DNA of 62,060 nucleotides, filler included, from Choristocarpus tenellus KU-1152 (Eukaryota > Protista > Phaeophyceae), in the NCBI GenBank assembly GCA_964200185.2. It is 12 parts of 12 records of this genome, joined end to end, with 100 filler letters (N's around TTAATTAATTAA, not from the genome) between each part and the next. Parts side by side here need not be neighbours in the genome. Positions count along the whole stretch, not along the records: positions 50,250 to 55,138 come from CAXNAD020012657.1; positions 55,239 to 58,434 come from CAXNAD020021622.1; positions 58,535 to 62,060 come from CAXNAD020019452.1; 9 more parts are not named here. The stretch is one strand, 5' to 3'. Of this stretch, positions 50,784 through 62,060 are shown piece by piece. Each line of letters starts with the position of its first letter. The first letter of the stretch is position 1. The translations under genes were made by a program, and so were the position numbers. The notes below the pieces were generated by a model. The model saw only the letters and a list, made by a program, of their open reading frames with translations. It had not been told where the DNA came from and ran no database searches.

Positions 50784-52842
50784 CTGGAAAGACATCATGA
50801 AGTTACGGGCATCCTTGGCCTTGTCAGAGGGTAGGTACTTCAGCACCTTCGGCAGCGTTCTGAGGAGCTTAAGCATACCCTCTTCAAAAGAGGATCCATC
50901 CTCCTGGTGGATCAAAAGGAGTGTGAGCCGAGATGATGGGGTAAAATTAGAAAACCTTTTAACAATACGTAAGAAATATAGAAGAAAATCATGCGAGTCA
51001 CCTCACAAAATTTATTTATATTTGTACGAAAACAAATCATTCAACGGCATGTTCCTTTTCAAGCCAAGCTCTCTTTTTTGCAGCGAGAATCAAAACAGGT
51101 TACTAAAAAAATAGGCGTACCTTCTTCTTTTTCTTCATGAAGTCAGATACCACAGACTTGCTCTGCCCAAGGTTCTGCATTGTGAAAGACCCCACCTTGT
51201 TCAGGCGCATTACCTCTGGCATGGATGGGAATACTACAACAGCATCAAGCTGGTCGCGCAGGGGTCCTACAACCTCTTGCACCTTTTCTGCAAGCTCCTG
51301 CCACATTATTTTCATCCCCAGGGCATGCAACAGGTTACGTGGGTGTGTTAGTGAGTGACTATTTTTGCATGGGCATAGTGTGGTATGATCCCTGGTATAT
51401 ATGAATGGACCAGATAATAAATACCAATTGATGCATGAGAAAACTCAATTGGTATTCCATCATACTCATTAAATTGCACATGCTCTACTTGCTGGCAAAG
51501 ATCACCAATACACAGTTTATCTGAAGTAGTTAGTAGTTAGCCAGAGGAAACACACACAAGGGTGGTGAAGGGGTGAAAAATAAGTCAAGACCTTAAAGCA
51601 TGGAGGGCTACAAAATGGTTTGCAATGCACAGTCACCGATACCTAACTACGAACAGGAGGGTATACAACTTTTCTGACCATTAAAAATGTTTTCCTGGTG
51701 ATACCATCTATTGTATTCTTCAAATTCCACTTCCAGCCTCAGTAAAATATTGGTTGAGGGGTACCTCACCCTTTCACAAAAGGTTCTATGCTATCCAACT
51801 CACTTTGGCTGACTTCCATTACAAATATGAGGGCACCTAGTAGACATTTAACATCAATACAGTTCGGTCTCATAAACCAACATTATCCTGGTCTCAAAAT
51901 CGGGAACACAACATGCTAGTCCACCTCATGTTCCACTGAAGGGACGTAAGGTCACCTGGACAAAGATGAGGGATCCAATGAAAATATTGGAGGATTCTAC
52001 ATCCTTCCGGAATGCCTCAAGGTTGCCATCATCCCGCAGCTCCTCAAGTAGGTAACCTACACACTCAACACAGACATCATCCCTGCTCTCATTGATCTGC
52101 TGGCATGCCTTGGTGAGAGAGCTCTGGTACTGGGACTCGAGAACCACGTAAGTAACCTGGTAATAGCAAGGAGTTGAATTTCAGACAAAGAGAAGATCAA
52201 GTTCTATTCAGAATGAGGGCATTAAGGGGGGGAAGAGTGGATTTGGAGGAGGTAGAATAGATATTGATCAACGCCTACATCATTAAAATGTCTCTCCTGT
52301 AGCAAATGGTGGGAGACACGTGTTCTCATCAGGTCGCAAACTCTCATCTAGGTAGTGCTGTTGAATATTTTCTGCTGCATATCAACGGTGCTGAATGTTC
52401 CAACCTACACACCAAACGAACAAATACACAAACACAAGAGCATGCACACTCCGAAAACATGCCACACAACCCACACCTTGAAGTAGGCTTTGCCGTCACG
52501 TTGTTCCGGAGTCACACGCCTATCTTCTGGTCGCGAGGTGGTGAACATTCCTCTCTCGACCCCCGCAGACACCATCTTCAGGCCATGGGCCTGCACAGCA
52601 TGGGAGTAATTCACACGTAGCGGGGCCTGCACAGCATGGGAGTAATTCACACGTAGCGGGGCCTTCACCTTCGCCCAATTGGTCATTTCTGACGCAGTCT
52701 CCACCCGAACACCAGAGCGAACAATGGGACGGACATGACCAGTGAAAGCAGAAGTCGAACTCGCGGCTGCTCCCAAAAGAACTGCCTGCAACAGCTGGGC
52801 ACGACGGTTCTGCCTCTGCCTCTTGCTCTGTCCCCTAGCCAT
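50784..52842 (-). CDS. CHLH: Magnesium chelatase subunit H, plastid-targeted, 5' part; exons 52842-52477, 52156-51956, 51297-51121, 50903-50784
   Basis: [84 protein letters not shown]. The signal peptide ends TSA|F. Confidence 0.97.
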
Positions 52843-55800
52843 AGCTGCACTAACCAGAGTCTCTCTCGAGCACCCAGGTTCTCTATCTGCTTCAAAATGC
52901 ATTGCATTGATGAACACGATTTGGTACTACAGAAAACAACAACAATCACACATCTCATCTACTCGTAGTCGAAAAATGACGTTTCGCATTTATCATGATC
53001 CGCAGCTCAGGACCCGTGTTCTGGGTGTCAGATATTGTGCCCAATATCGAGGTGGGAATGCCTGATGTTCATGAACTCTTTCTGCAATCGAAAGTGCTTA
53101 TCTTCACACCTCACCTCCTTAAGACTTAGCTCGAACCGCTCCCTAACTGTCGAGTTCCACAGTCCAACGTACTGATCACTAGGGATGGAGGAGGGGTAAT
53201 CTAGTTGACGGAGAGTATCCCCCTTTCCTGTCCTTCACAAGTGTCTGCGCTGTCACAAAAAACGTATCTCTTTCATGTGATTGGTCAGTGATCCCAGGTC
53301 AGAGGAAAGTTCTCCTCATTTCTTGGAGTTAATTATTTCATATTTGTGCCTGTTATATGATTTAACTATTTTCTTTTCTTGAACATCCTGGATCCACATT
53401 TCAGAACCAACGCCTCCATAAGTGCGTATATAGGTTGGTGTGGTGTACATACTAGAAATCCATATATTATATTATTATGCCCTCTGACATTTTGCAGATG
53501 TGTCATTTATCGTTATGTAAAAGATGTGTGGGAAGTAAACTACTTGTAATATTTATTATATTATTTAGATTTAGTAGTAGTAGTAAATTTGACATTTTGT
53601 AGATGTGTCAGAGGGAAAACGAAGGAAAAACTATTTATATATCACAAAAATGTGTTGAAGTTCTACCATAGCCTCCAGTTCCTCCTCCTCCTCATACCGT
53701 GTGTGTAGCCAGCTCATCCAGGAAACATTCCACTTGCTTGCCAAGGCCCCCAAAATTTCCACTGCAAAGGTGTTGGGGTTATAACGACAAGGATCAAAAG
53801 AGCCCTCGTAGTGAGTGCGCTTTCGCGAGTCAGCTGGAAGAGTTATGTATCAGAAAAAAAGATGAACAAAATAATACCTCCTTCGCAATTAGCATTATTT
53901 GTTTGTGTTACTCTTACAGAAGTGCTTGATATTGGTCTGCTTTTTACCTTGTACATCTCCAAAATGTCACAGGATAACATTTGTTACAACGTAGGTGGCC
54001 CTGGATAGATGTGCCATGAGTTTTAAGATGGAGATATCAGGGACATGGGCAAGGAGGAGGTTGTTAGATTCTTGGGATGCTTCCCTAGCTCCTCATCATG
54101 GGTTGCAGCAATAGGTAGGTAGGAGGTTCAGGGAGGCAGTGGCACAGCGTAGCTGGTAGTAAAATAGTAAATTAATGTTTTTCACATTTATGACAACTGT
54201 TACTATTTTAGAGATTTTTCTGACATGTGAATAGTTTTCATTGGTTTTTCCCCTGACGCGTCTGGAAAATGTCAGAGGGCATAATAATAAAATATATGCT
54301 TCCTTCTGACAATGGCTTCAAACAAACATTTTGCGTGGGAGAGGAAAAGAGGGTATAAGGAAGGCATAATTTGTGAGTCAAATCAGGTGAGAGGTAGGCA
54401 GGGTGGCATTTTAAGGAACTGGAGAAAGGGAAAAAGGATTCCATTTTGTACAATTGGAGAAATAGGTTTTGGCGAGTTGCGGTGTCAATTTGTGTGTGAA
54501 AAGGGGAAGTATCGATTTTCCACACACTATTGTGAACACGAAGCAATGAAATAGGGTATATTGGACAGGGTAAGAAAATGGCTTAGAACGCGAAAGGACC
54601 CAAACCTGCCTACCTCTCAATCGGTTAGGCTCTTGTGCAACTTGGGATCGACTAGTAGAATTGTGTAAAATCATGCCCTCTGAGTATTTCAAGATGTGTG
54701 AGGGGGGGGAGAAATAGATACCAAAACTATGACAAGAACTACTGTAGATATATATGTGTAGAATATTACACTCTACATCGGATTTCGCTGAGATTTTTAT
54801 GGTAACGGATGAATATCACGAGTCAAATCAGTTGAGAGGTACCTCTTGACTGTCCTTACCCAACATTCAAATTGTTGCTCCGTTACAACTGAGTACGGAG
54901 CAACCAAATGCACACAGAAATAAGCCGGTTGGTCAGATACATGTAAGAGTCACCATAATTCAACATCCTATCCGCAAGGCAAAAATAGGGAAAGGCAGAG
55001 ATTTCCTACTGACAGGAGGCAGAGTGAATCTGTCTAATATCACAACAAACTCCCTCAAGGCGAACTTAGTGCTGTTTTTTCCCCGCACATTTATTGATAC
55101 CCTTGATACCCTGCTGAGGGTCAAAGTATCTGGGGGGGNNNNNNNNNNNNNNNNNNNNNNNNNNNNNNNNNNNNNNNNNNNNTTAATTAATTAANNNNNN
55201 NNNNNNNNNNNNNNNNNNNNNNNNNNNNNNNNNNNNNNGGAAGCGGCCCCGGCCCCCCCCCCCCCCCCCCTTGCCCCACCCCCCCACCCCCCCCCCCCCT
55301 ATAGGAACGACCCAGACGAAGACAGTAACTCAGGCAGCAATAATAATGCCTCTGGTAGTGATACAAACAATGTCAATTCATCTGCAGGTAGCACCGGCGG
55401 TAATGATAGTAAATGATGACATTAGCAACCATTGAGATAGGTTTGACCGTTCCAGTAGTAAGCACCACTCATGACAGTTACGGATTTCATTTGTTGTTGT
55501 GTACTGGGAAAGAAAAAAGAGATAGTGCTCCCAAGCGGTACGTAGAACATACACAAAACTGTGATGATGACTCACTATTCTACTTCTGAGGGGACAAGTC
55601 AAAATCGAGGAGTTGAAATAAAAGGTGGCTCTAAACCTGTCGGTACGGGTGTAGATGGGGGGTGAGGGCAGGGGGGACATGGTCGGGACATGGACAGGAA
55701 TCAAAATAGCGGAAGGCAGAGTGAGAATGCTTCTTCCCTTGCTGAAGTTGGTATTGAGACACACATTGGGGAGATGATGGGTTTTGTTAGGGAGGGGGTA

Positions 55801-58800
55801 GAATAAATGTGAGTAAGGTGGCAAAAGAGGAGGAGGATGGAACATGTTGTGTAGGTGTATGATGGATGGTGTGTGTGTGTGTGTATTGTTCAAAGTGTAT
55901 TTTGCTGGGGGTTTGCCACCTATTGGTATGTAAAGTTGATACTGAACTGCGCTGATTGAGCCAGGTGTGTGCAAAGTGCAGGTAATGTTATTGTCACCTG
56001 GCTGAATTTTATTTATGTGTGTGCGCCTTGTGTTACAGGTTTCCATCTAATATTGTTTCTCTAAAGTGTGGTCTATACCACTTCATCCAGTGTACCTTTT
56101 CTTCTTCAATGTCCTATACTAAGGAAGCGGTTGTTTAATCAGCACACACCATCCCGACAATTTGCACCTCAGCAAAATGGAAGACCTACCTTTTCGAACC
56201 CTGCTCCCCCAACTCATGATTGGCGACCCGACTTCCTTCCCTCACACTTTCCCGTAGTATCCATAGACTAAACACCCAGTCAATGAATGTATCGGAGAGA
56301 TGCCACAGTATGATAGATACAAGTGCACTTGTCTTTGGTACTCGTTTCACTCATTCTGGAGCCAACTATGGTGAATGGGAGGTTCCCAGACCGGTGTATG
56401 CATTTACCATGGGGATCATCAAACCCTAACCCTAACCCTCAAGAATTGAATAGAGTTACTTGCCTTGGGGCTTGTGTTGGCTCTGCCTATCTACTTGGGT
56501 AGCAACAAGCTAGCCTTTGGCTTGGTCATATGTATGATGGATCCTGGTGCTTTTCTACCCAATCGCTCTCTTGGTTCAAATATTATCATGACCTGTTATT
56601 CTCCAAAGTGGTGCTTTCCAGGACTACAGGTGACCCTTTCTTCAAACATACACAACATGTTAAACCGAGTCATTCCTTCCCATCCACCCATCCGTCTGTC
56701 TGTCTGTTTGTCTTAGGTGTGTCACCCCTGTATTGTTAAGAGTTCATGAACACGTGCATCTGCTTGCACTTACGCTTGCGCCGTTGACTCTTATTAAACA
56801 ATTACAAAATCTTAACCATGTGGTACATTGTGGTCATTTTTTCAGAGGTTGGATGTCAGGGCTAATTTTCTAGTTCACCTCACAGATTTGGCTGACTCTA
56901 ACCGCCTCTACCCCATTGCCGTTTGCAGCTCTCCTCTGCATTGCGTGTTTCCTTCCCATCTCGCCCCTCGTGCGTTCACATCCTGAGGGTCCACTCTCAA
57001 TATTGTGCCTATGCTCAAACCAACTGAGGTTGTGTCTCATGTGATACGTTGGCTACATTGAAGTGCAGAAGGGAAACCCCCTGTCTCAGGGAACCATCTC
57101 GGTTAACCACCGCTGTCATCATTTTTTCCTTTTGCAAATGAAGCTTATGGGAGGGACCCTTGAGAGGTGGTGGTTCCCCAGTGCACAGTCTACTGCTGCA
57201 CCACTTCTTCCAGAGGGTTTCCTTGACTGGTTTGGGATAGGGTTGGTTTTCAAAACTGGGTGCAAAAAAGGGCATGTATATATATATATACTTCGGTGGT
57301 TCCCAAAGGCAAGAGGGTTCCCCTGTGCACTGCATCATCTTGCGCCAGGTCTAAGCAGTTCAAAACTACTCCTTGTGTACCTGATCTTAGGTCTTTTACA
57401 TCCTCTTACATCTTGTGTCCTAAACATACAACAATACTGCTAGTGTTTCTCTTGTGCAGCAACTGCTCACCCCCAGCCAGTCCAGACACAGTGCAGTGCC
57501 CCTTTTCCCCCTGCCACCCGTACTGTCCCTGTATGCAAAATACTATAGTTGGATAGGTACATGTATGTGTAACATGATACATTTGTACCTTAGGAAGATG
57601 TGCTCCAATTCGTGGTGGAATGACAAGGCAGTGCTGTCATCAAATCAGTATGACATACCTACAATTTGTGAAGCCGTTGAAGTTGCAATCCAACACCAAA
57701 CCCACTCTTCCTGCCTTACGTATTGTATTGTATTGTATTGCTGAGGGCAATTTTAGTAGTGGTTCTGTGCAACACGATAGGACCAAAAAGGTGAGGGTAT
57801 GGAATGTGATTCCCTTATGTGCAAGCAGTGTGTGATCATACACTGAATCACAATGCTGTAGTCCCCTTCACCAACCACAGAAAAAAATAAATAATTATCA
57901 TTACAAAACAGGAGCTGGGCCATGCCCCAAGAGTCTTTGATCAAAATTTTCAAAAGTTGAAGAAAAACATAGGTGTCACGATTTGTTTACCACTCAATGA
58001 CATGGGCAGCACTAATTTATCTCTCATCCATTTTTTTTAACTTCAACAATACTAGCATCAGTACCAATCTCTCGTACGTTCACGTGTGCATCTGTCAGTA
58101 GCATCAAAGAAGTTGAAAACATTCTTTCTTTTAAAGAGATAATACAAATATGAAAAAAGAAGTCATTGACATATTTTTCAATGTATGACCCCCGAGCACG
58201 AAGTCACATAGCTATCAGGGTGTGTGTCTTCCCTTGCCACAAAAAAAAACACCAAAAAAAGATTACAGAAAACGCAGCAGGATGGCGCATAAACAGTGTG
58301 GGCCATGCTCAACATAAAACATCAAGTACAAACACAACCAGAGACACAATCTCGCAAGTCCTCACTCACTACTATCCCATCCCATACAGCCTCCATCCAT
58401 CACCCACACACACACACACCAACACCGACTACCCNNNNNNNNNNNNNNNNNNNNNNNNNNNNNNNNNNNNNNNNNNNNTTAATTAATTAANNNNNNNNNN
58501 NNNNNNNNNNNNNNNNNNNNNNNNNNNNNNNNNNATCAATACAAGCCAGTGGGATGGGAACGGTTTTCCCTACCTGGTTGCAAAAAAACTACATCCCCGA
58601 CTGAGACACTCTCCTCTATAGCGTCTGAGAGACTCTCCTCTATAGCGTCGTGGCCTTCCGAATATATTGCAATAGATTCCCCACTACTCCTTAGCTTTTT
58701 GTTCTCTTACTTGCCTAGGCTGTGCCTTTCAATGTGTAGTTCAAATATATCACCTCCTTCAAGCCCGAAGAAGTTTTGACTTATCCATGTAGACCACCCC

Positions 58801-58904
58801 TCACTGCCAACGCTTTTAAGCAGAGGGCAAACCTAGCAACACCTCTGCCCCCCCCCCTGACACACACACACACACACACATCGTTGGTCGTGCCCTCACT
58901 CCAG

Positions 58905-59430
58905 CTAGAGCTGAAGCAAAGAGACCATCTCAGCCTGCGCAGTGAAGTGTCAGTCATTTCCGACCACGTGGCACAGAATCAAGAAAAGGAGAACCAGATG
59001 CGAGAACGAGTAGAGGCGCTAGAGGTATATCAAGCAGTACTTGAGTTGAGGTTCATGATTAGAACTGAGGCAGGCTCATCGTTGTGGTGGTTTAACTGGT
59101 GTGAATAAAGCTGTGGGCATTGGATTCATGACGTTTCGAATTGTTGGTAAGTTCGGGTGGATAGACCGGCATTCCTTGAAGCATTTGCTTGCACTTACTT
59201 GAAAAATTGTGGTCTAAAATATTGTTCTTGGCCACCCTTGCTGCCGTAATATCATCCGTTTTGAGCATTGCGGCCTTGAAGAGTATGTGTGAGCACATAG
59301 GGGAAAAAACTGTTAATTCTTGTCACACCAAGTAGATGGTGGTATGTCTCAAATTAATTGTAGGAATGATGAGATAGTGTTTCCTGTCTTTGCCTCCTCC
59401 ACCTAAATGAACACACACACACATACACAA

Positions 59431-59463
<33 letters not shown>

Positions 59464-61736
59464 CACACACACTCACACACACACTCACACACATACTCAC
59501 ACCCACATACATATACATTTTTCTTCATTTTCGCATGATTCTATGTCACAGTTATGGACCTGATCGAACGACCCACTAATCGATCTTTCCGGCGCACCTC
59601 GCCCCCGCTGAATCACCATGAACACATTACCCTCCGTCCTCCACACGAAAAATCAACAATCCGTGCTCCTTAGGCACGGGGCGCTAATCTGCAGGCAGAG
59701 TCCCTTGCCGAGGCAAGAAGAAAATCTGCCCTCGAGGAAACGCTAAAGACAAACCAGGTGTGCACACACACCCTGGCACTCAGAGCAGGCAATTGGTATT
59801 GCCTTCTTAATAACCCTAACTCTAACCTTGTGATACAGAATTAACGCTTGAATATTGAGTGAAAGTATCTTAGAGGGTACGAGTTTTGCCCTATTTGTCC
59901 ATTTGGGGCTTGGGTTCCCATAGGGGTTTTTTTGTAACATTTTCTTACTCCGAAATGTTTCGGAGTAGGTAATAGTGTGTATGTTATGAAAAGGTGTGTC
60001 CGGAACATGGATATTGACACTTCCTAACAAACACAAGAGCCAAAATTACATCAAAATCGCAACATTGGATTGTGGCCCCCAAATGAACGTGCCCCTACCC
60101 TCTGAGATACTTTGGCTCTATTCCCTTCCTTCCTGTCCTGTGATGCCCGCACCTTTTGCTGTCTACAACAAATCCCTGTCTCGCTGGCTACTTGGCAATG
60201 TATGACCAGGGCACTGTCAAGTGGGATCGCGACATTTTCATCGAGAAAAAAGACCGGCTCAAGGATGAAACAGAGGTGAGACCTGATCCAAAAGACTGAG
60301 TCAAGTGCTGCTATATAAACCCCTGGGCACTCAGCGGATGAACAAATGGAGCTCCAACACTTGAGTCAGATTAACTGCGACAGTGATGAGCTATGGGAGA
60401 TAGATGTCTTTTTTTGTGTGTTTGCATCACTTGATTTCATGAAAATCCTTCGTTGCGGTGTTGGAACAATAGGAGTTACGATGATGGATACCAGTGCAGC
60501 ACAAGGTAGATGATGCATCCTTTCCCCGTTGTTCTGAGTGAAAGTATCTTAGAGGGTACAAGTTTTGCCCTGTTTGTCCATTTGGGGCTTGGCTTCCCTC
60601 AGGGTTTTTTTATTGAAATTTTCCTAAACCAAAATATTTCGGAGTAGTAGGTAAAATGTATAGGTTATGAAAAGGTGTGTCGGGAACAAGGATATTGACA
60701 CTTCTTAACAAACACGATAGCCAAAATTACATCAAAATCGCAACCTTGGATGTTGGACCATAAATAGACGCGGCTCTACCCTCTAAGATTCTTTGGCTCT
60801 CTTCTTGTTGACGTTAGCACTTGTGCTTACTTAAGACCTGTGGGGTGTCTGCCAATAGTGAGTCACAGGAGACTGCGTCATTCATGAAATGGAAGTGGCT
60901 TTATGCATTCGGTGTGCTCAGGGGATAAGAGTCCTAAGCTCGATTGAATTTCTGCTTGAATGAGCTCACGTTCTATACTCTTCCATCAATATCGCAGCTC
61001 TCCAGATGAAGTTCATCCACTTGAGAGGCGATGTAAAAGTAGTACCCACTCAATGCAAAAATGGAGAGGCAACAATCAACAAGCTTCTTCTTGTACAAGA
61101 AAGGCAAAAATCATGAGTGAAACTTTATTTGTTCAATACCCTTGGTTCATTCGCTGTCCGATCCCTTTCTCCTCAAGTAAATGCCCTTTGATCCATACCA
61201 GCCAGATAGGCACACCAGGCGCGATTTTCCCAACCACCAACTTACACCCTTCCCCCTCATCGCCGTGCTTACTCCCCTAGGAGTGAAAGTATCTTGAACG
61301 GTACGAGTCTTGCCCTGTTTGTCCGTTTGGGGCTTGGCTTCCCACGGACTTTCCTACTCAGAAATGTTTCGTAGTAGGTAAAATGTACACGTTATGAAAA
61401 GGTGTATCCGGAACAAGGATATTGACACTTCCTAACAAACACCATAGCCAAAATTACGTCAAAATCTCAACATTGGATTTTGGCCACCAAACGGACGCGG
61501 CCCTAGAGTCTAAGGCACTTTGCCTCTCTATTATAAACTAATCGATGCTCTTTTTGAACACAATATGTTTACGCCTGCCAATAATGATGCAGCACATTGG
61601 ATTGGTGGAGAATCAGCTCCGCACGTCGAAGGAGAGTATGGAGCAATGCCTTGCAGAGTACGACCAGCTCTTTCGAGCCATGCAAAACCTCAGTGAAGAG
61701 CTGGAAACACAGGTCACTCTCAATGCAACAGTACAG
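58905..61736 (+). CDS. Coiled-coil protein, CFAP58-like; exons 58905-59024, 59695-59757, 60210-60275, 61593-61736
   Basis: Four phase-0 GT-AG exons give an open heptad-rich peptide (E...E.RRK..LE..LK..Q...VENQLR...EYDQL....L.EELE.Q) resembling my recollection of the CFAP58 N-terminal half. Confidence 0.55.
59857..60118 (+). mobile_element. MITE family A, full copy with TATT flanking duplication
   Basis: Termini GAGTGAAAGTATCTTAGAGGGTA ... TACCCTCTGAGATACTTTGGCTC, with tatt on both sides. Confidence 0.9.
60536..60799 (+). mobile_element. MITE family A, full copy with TCT flanking duplication
   Basis: Same termini and interior, with tct on both sides. Confidence 0.9.
61281..61526 (+). mobile_element. 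MITE family A copy
   Basis: Same interior with slightly decayed termini. Confidence 0.88.
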
Positions 61737-62060
61737 GTGCGATATCATTTCCTCATCTAACCTTCCGCTTTCCCCTTTTTAACAATCCTGAGTGTTGGAT
61801 TTTTTTTCTGCAAAAAGACTTTGGCGATTGAACAGGGTGAATTCGGGTATCCCTCATCAGGAATTGGTGGGTGTAAGAGAAAGACCTTGACGATGAATGT
61901 TTCGTCATTGGATTGGAGGCCTTAGGGATGCAAAATGTGATAATCCCGAAAGCAGTTGCAGAGACCCCTTGTCAATAACAGCAACCCCTTCTAGGATAGC
62001 TTGGCTCAGGCGTCACTACCATCAGCAACTAGCCTCTCGTTGGCGGGGCACGGGGAGAGG

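Noticed and set aside
3761-52842. Cluster of plastid-targeted genes (DusA, thioredoxin, CHLH)
   Set aside because: They lie on different contigs joined artificially.
55239-58434. Gene in contig 11, including the 222-aa minus-strand ORF at 55378-56046
   Set aside because: The ORF spans low-complexity sequence, and candidate plus-strand exons could not be joined into a recognisable protein.

Overview
Eukaryotic nuclear DNA from a photosynthetic, probably flagellated ochrophyte (brown-alga-like). Evidence: GT-AG introns of about 0.15-1.5 kb, bipartite signal-plus-transit plastid presequences, axonemal genes and short TTAGGG tracts. The window is not contiguous: 12 contigs are joined by 11 identical artificial 100-bp linkers (N44-TTAATTAATTAA-N44), so adjacency across linkers is meaningless. 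Spliced genes reconstructed by hand: HIRA (5' part) head-to-head with a plastid-targeted DusA; a complete plastid thioredoxin with an atypical FCRAC site; an EML-like WD40 exon; the 3' part of NDK; DRC2/CCDC65 exons; a micro-exon gene with a U-box/RING-like end; an ankyrin exon; CHLH (5' part); and CFAP58-like exons. Introns and intergenic DNA carry related ~260-bp MITE families, a ~720-bp foldback element and a nested Copia/MITE/LTR stack. The most unusual part is contig 32528-40518. It has no recognisable host gene but holds a decayed ParB/Srx-like (NGQHR) gene, a 78-bp hairpin minisatellite, a Ulp1-like protease relic and the N-terminal half of a spliced Sola2-like transposase, together suggesting a large cargo-carrying DNA transposon. 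All family assignments come from motif recognition by eye, not database searches.
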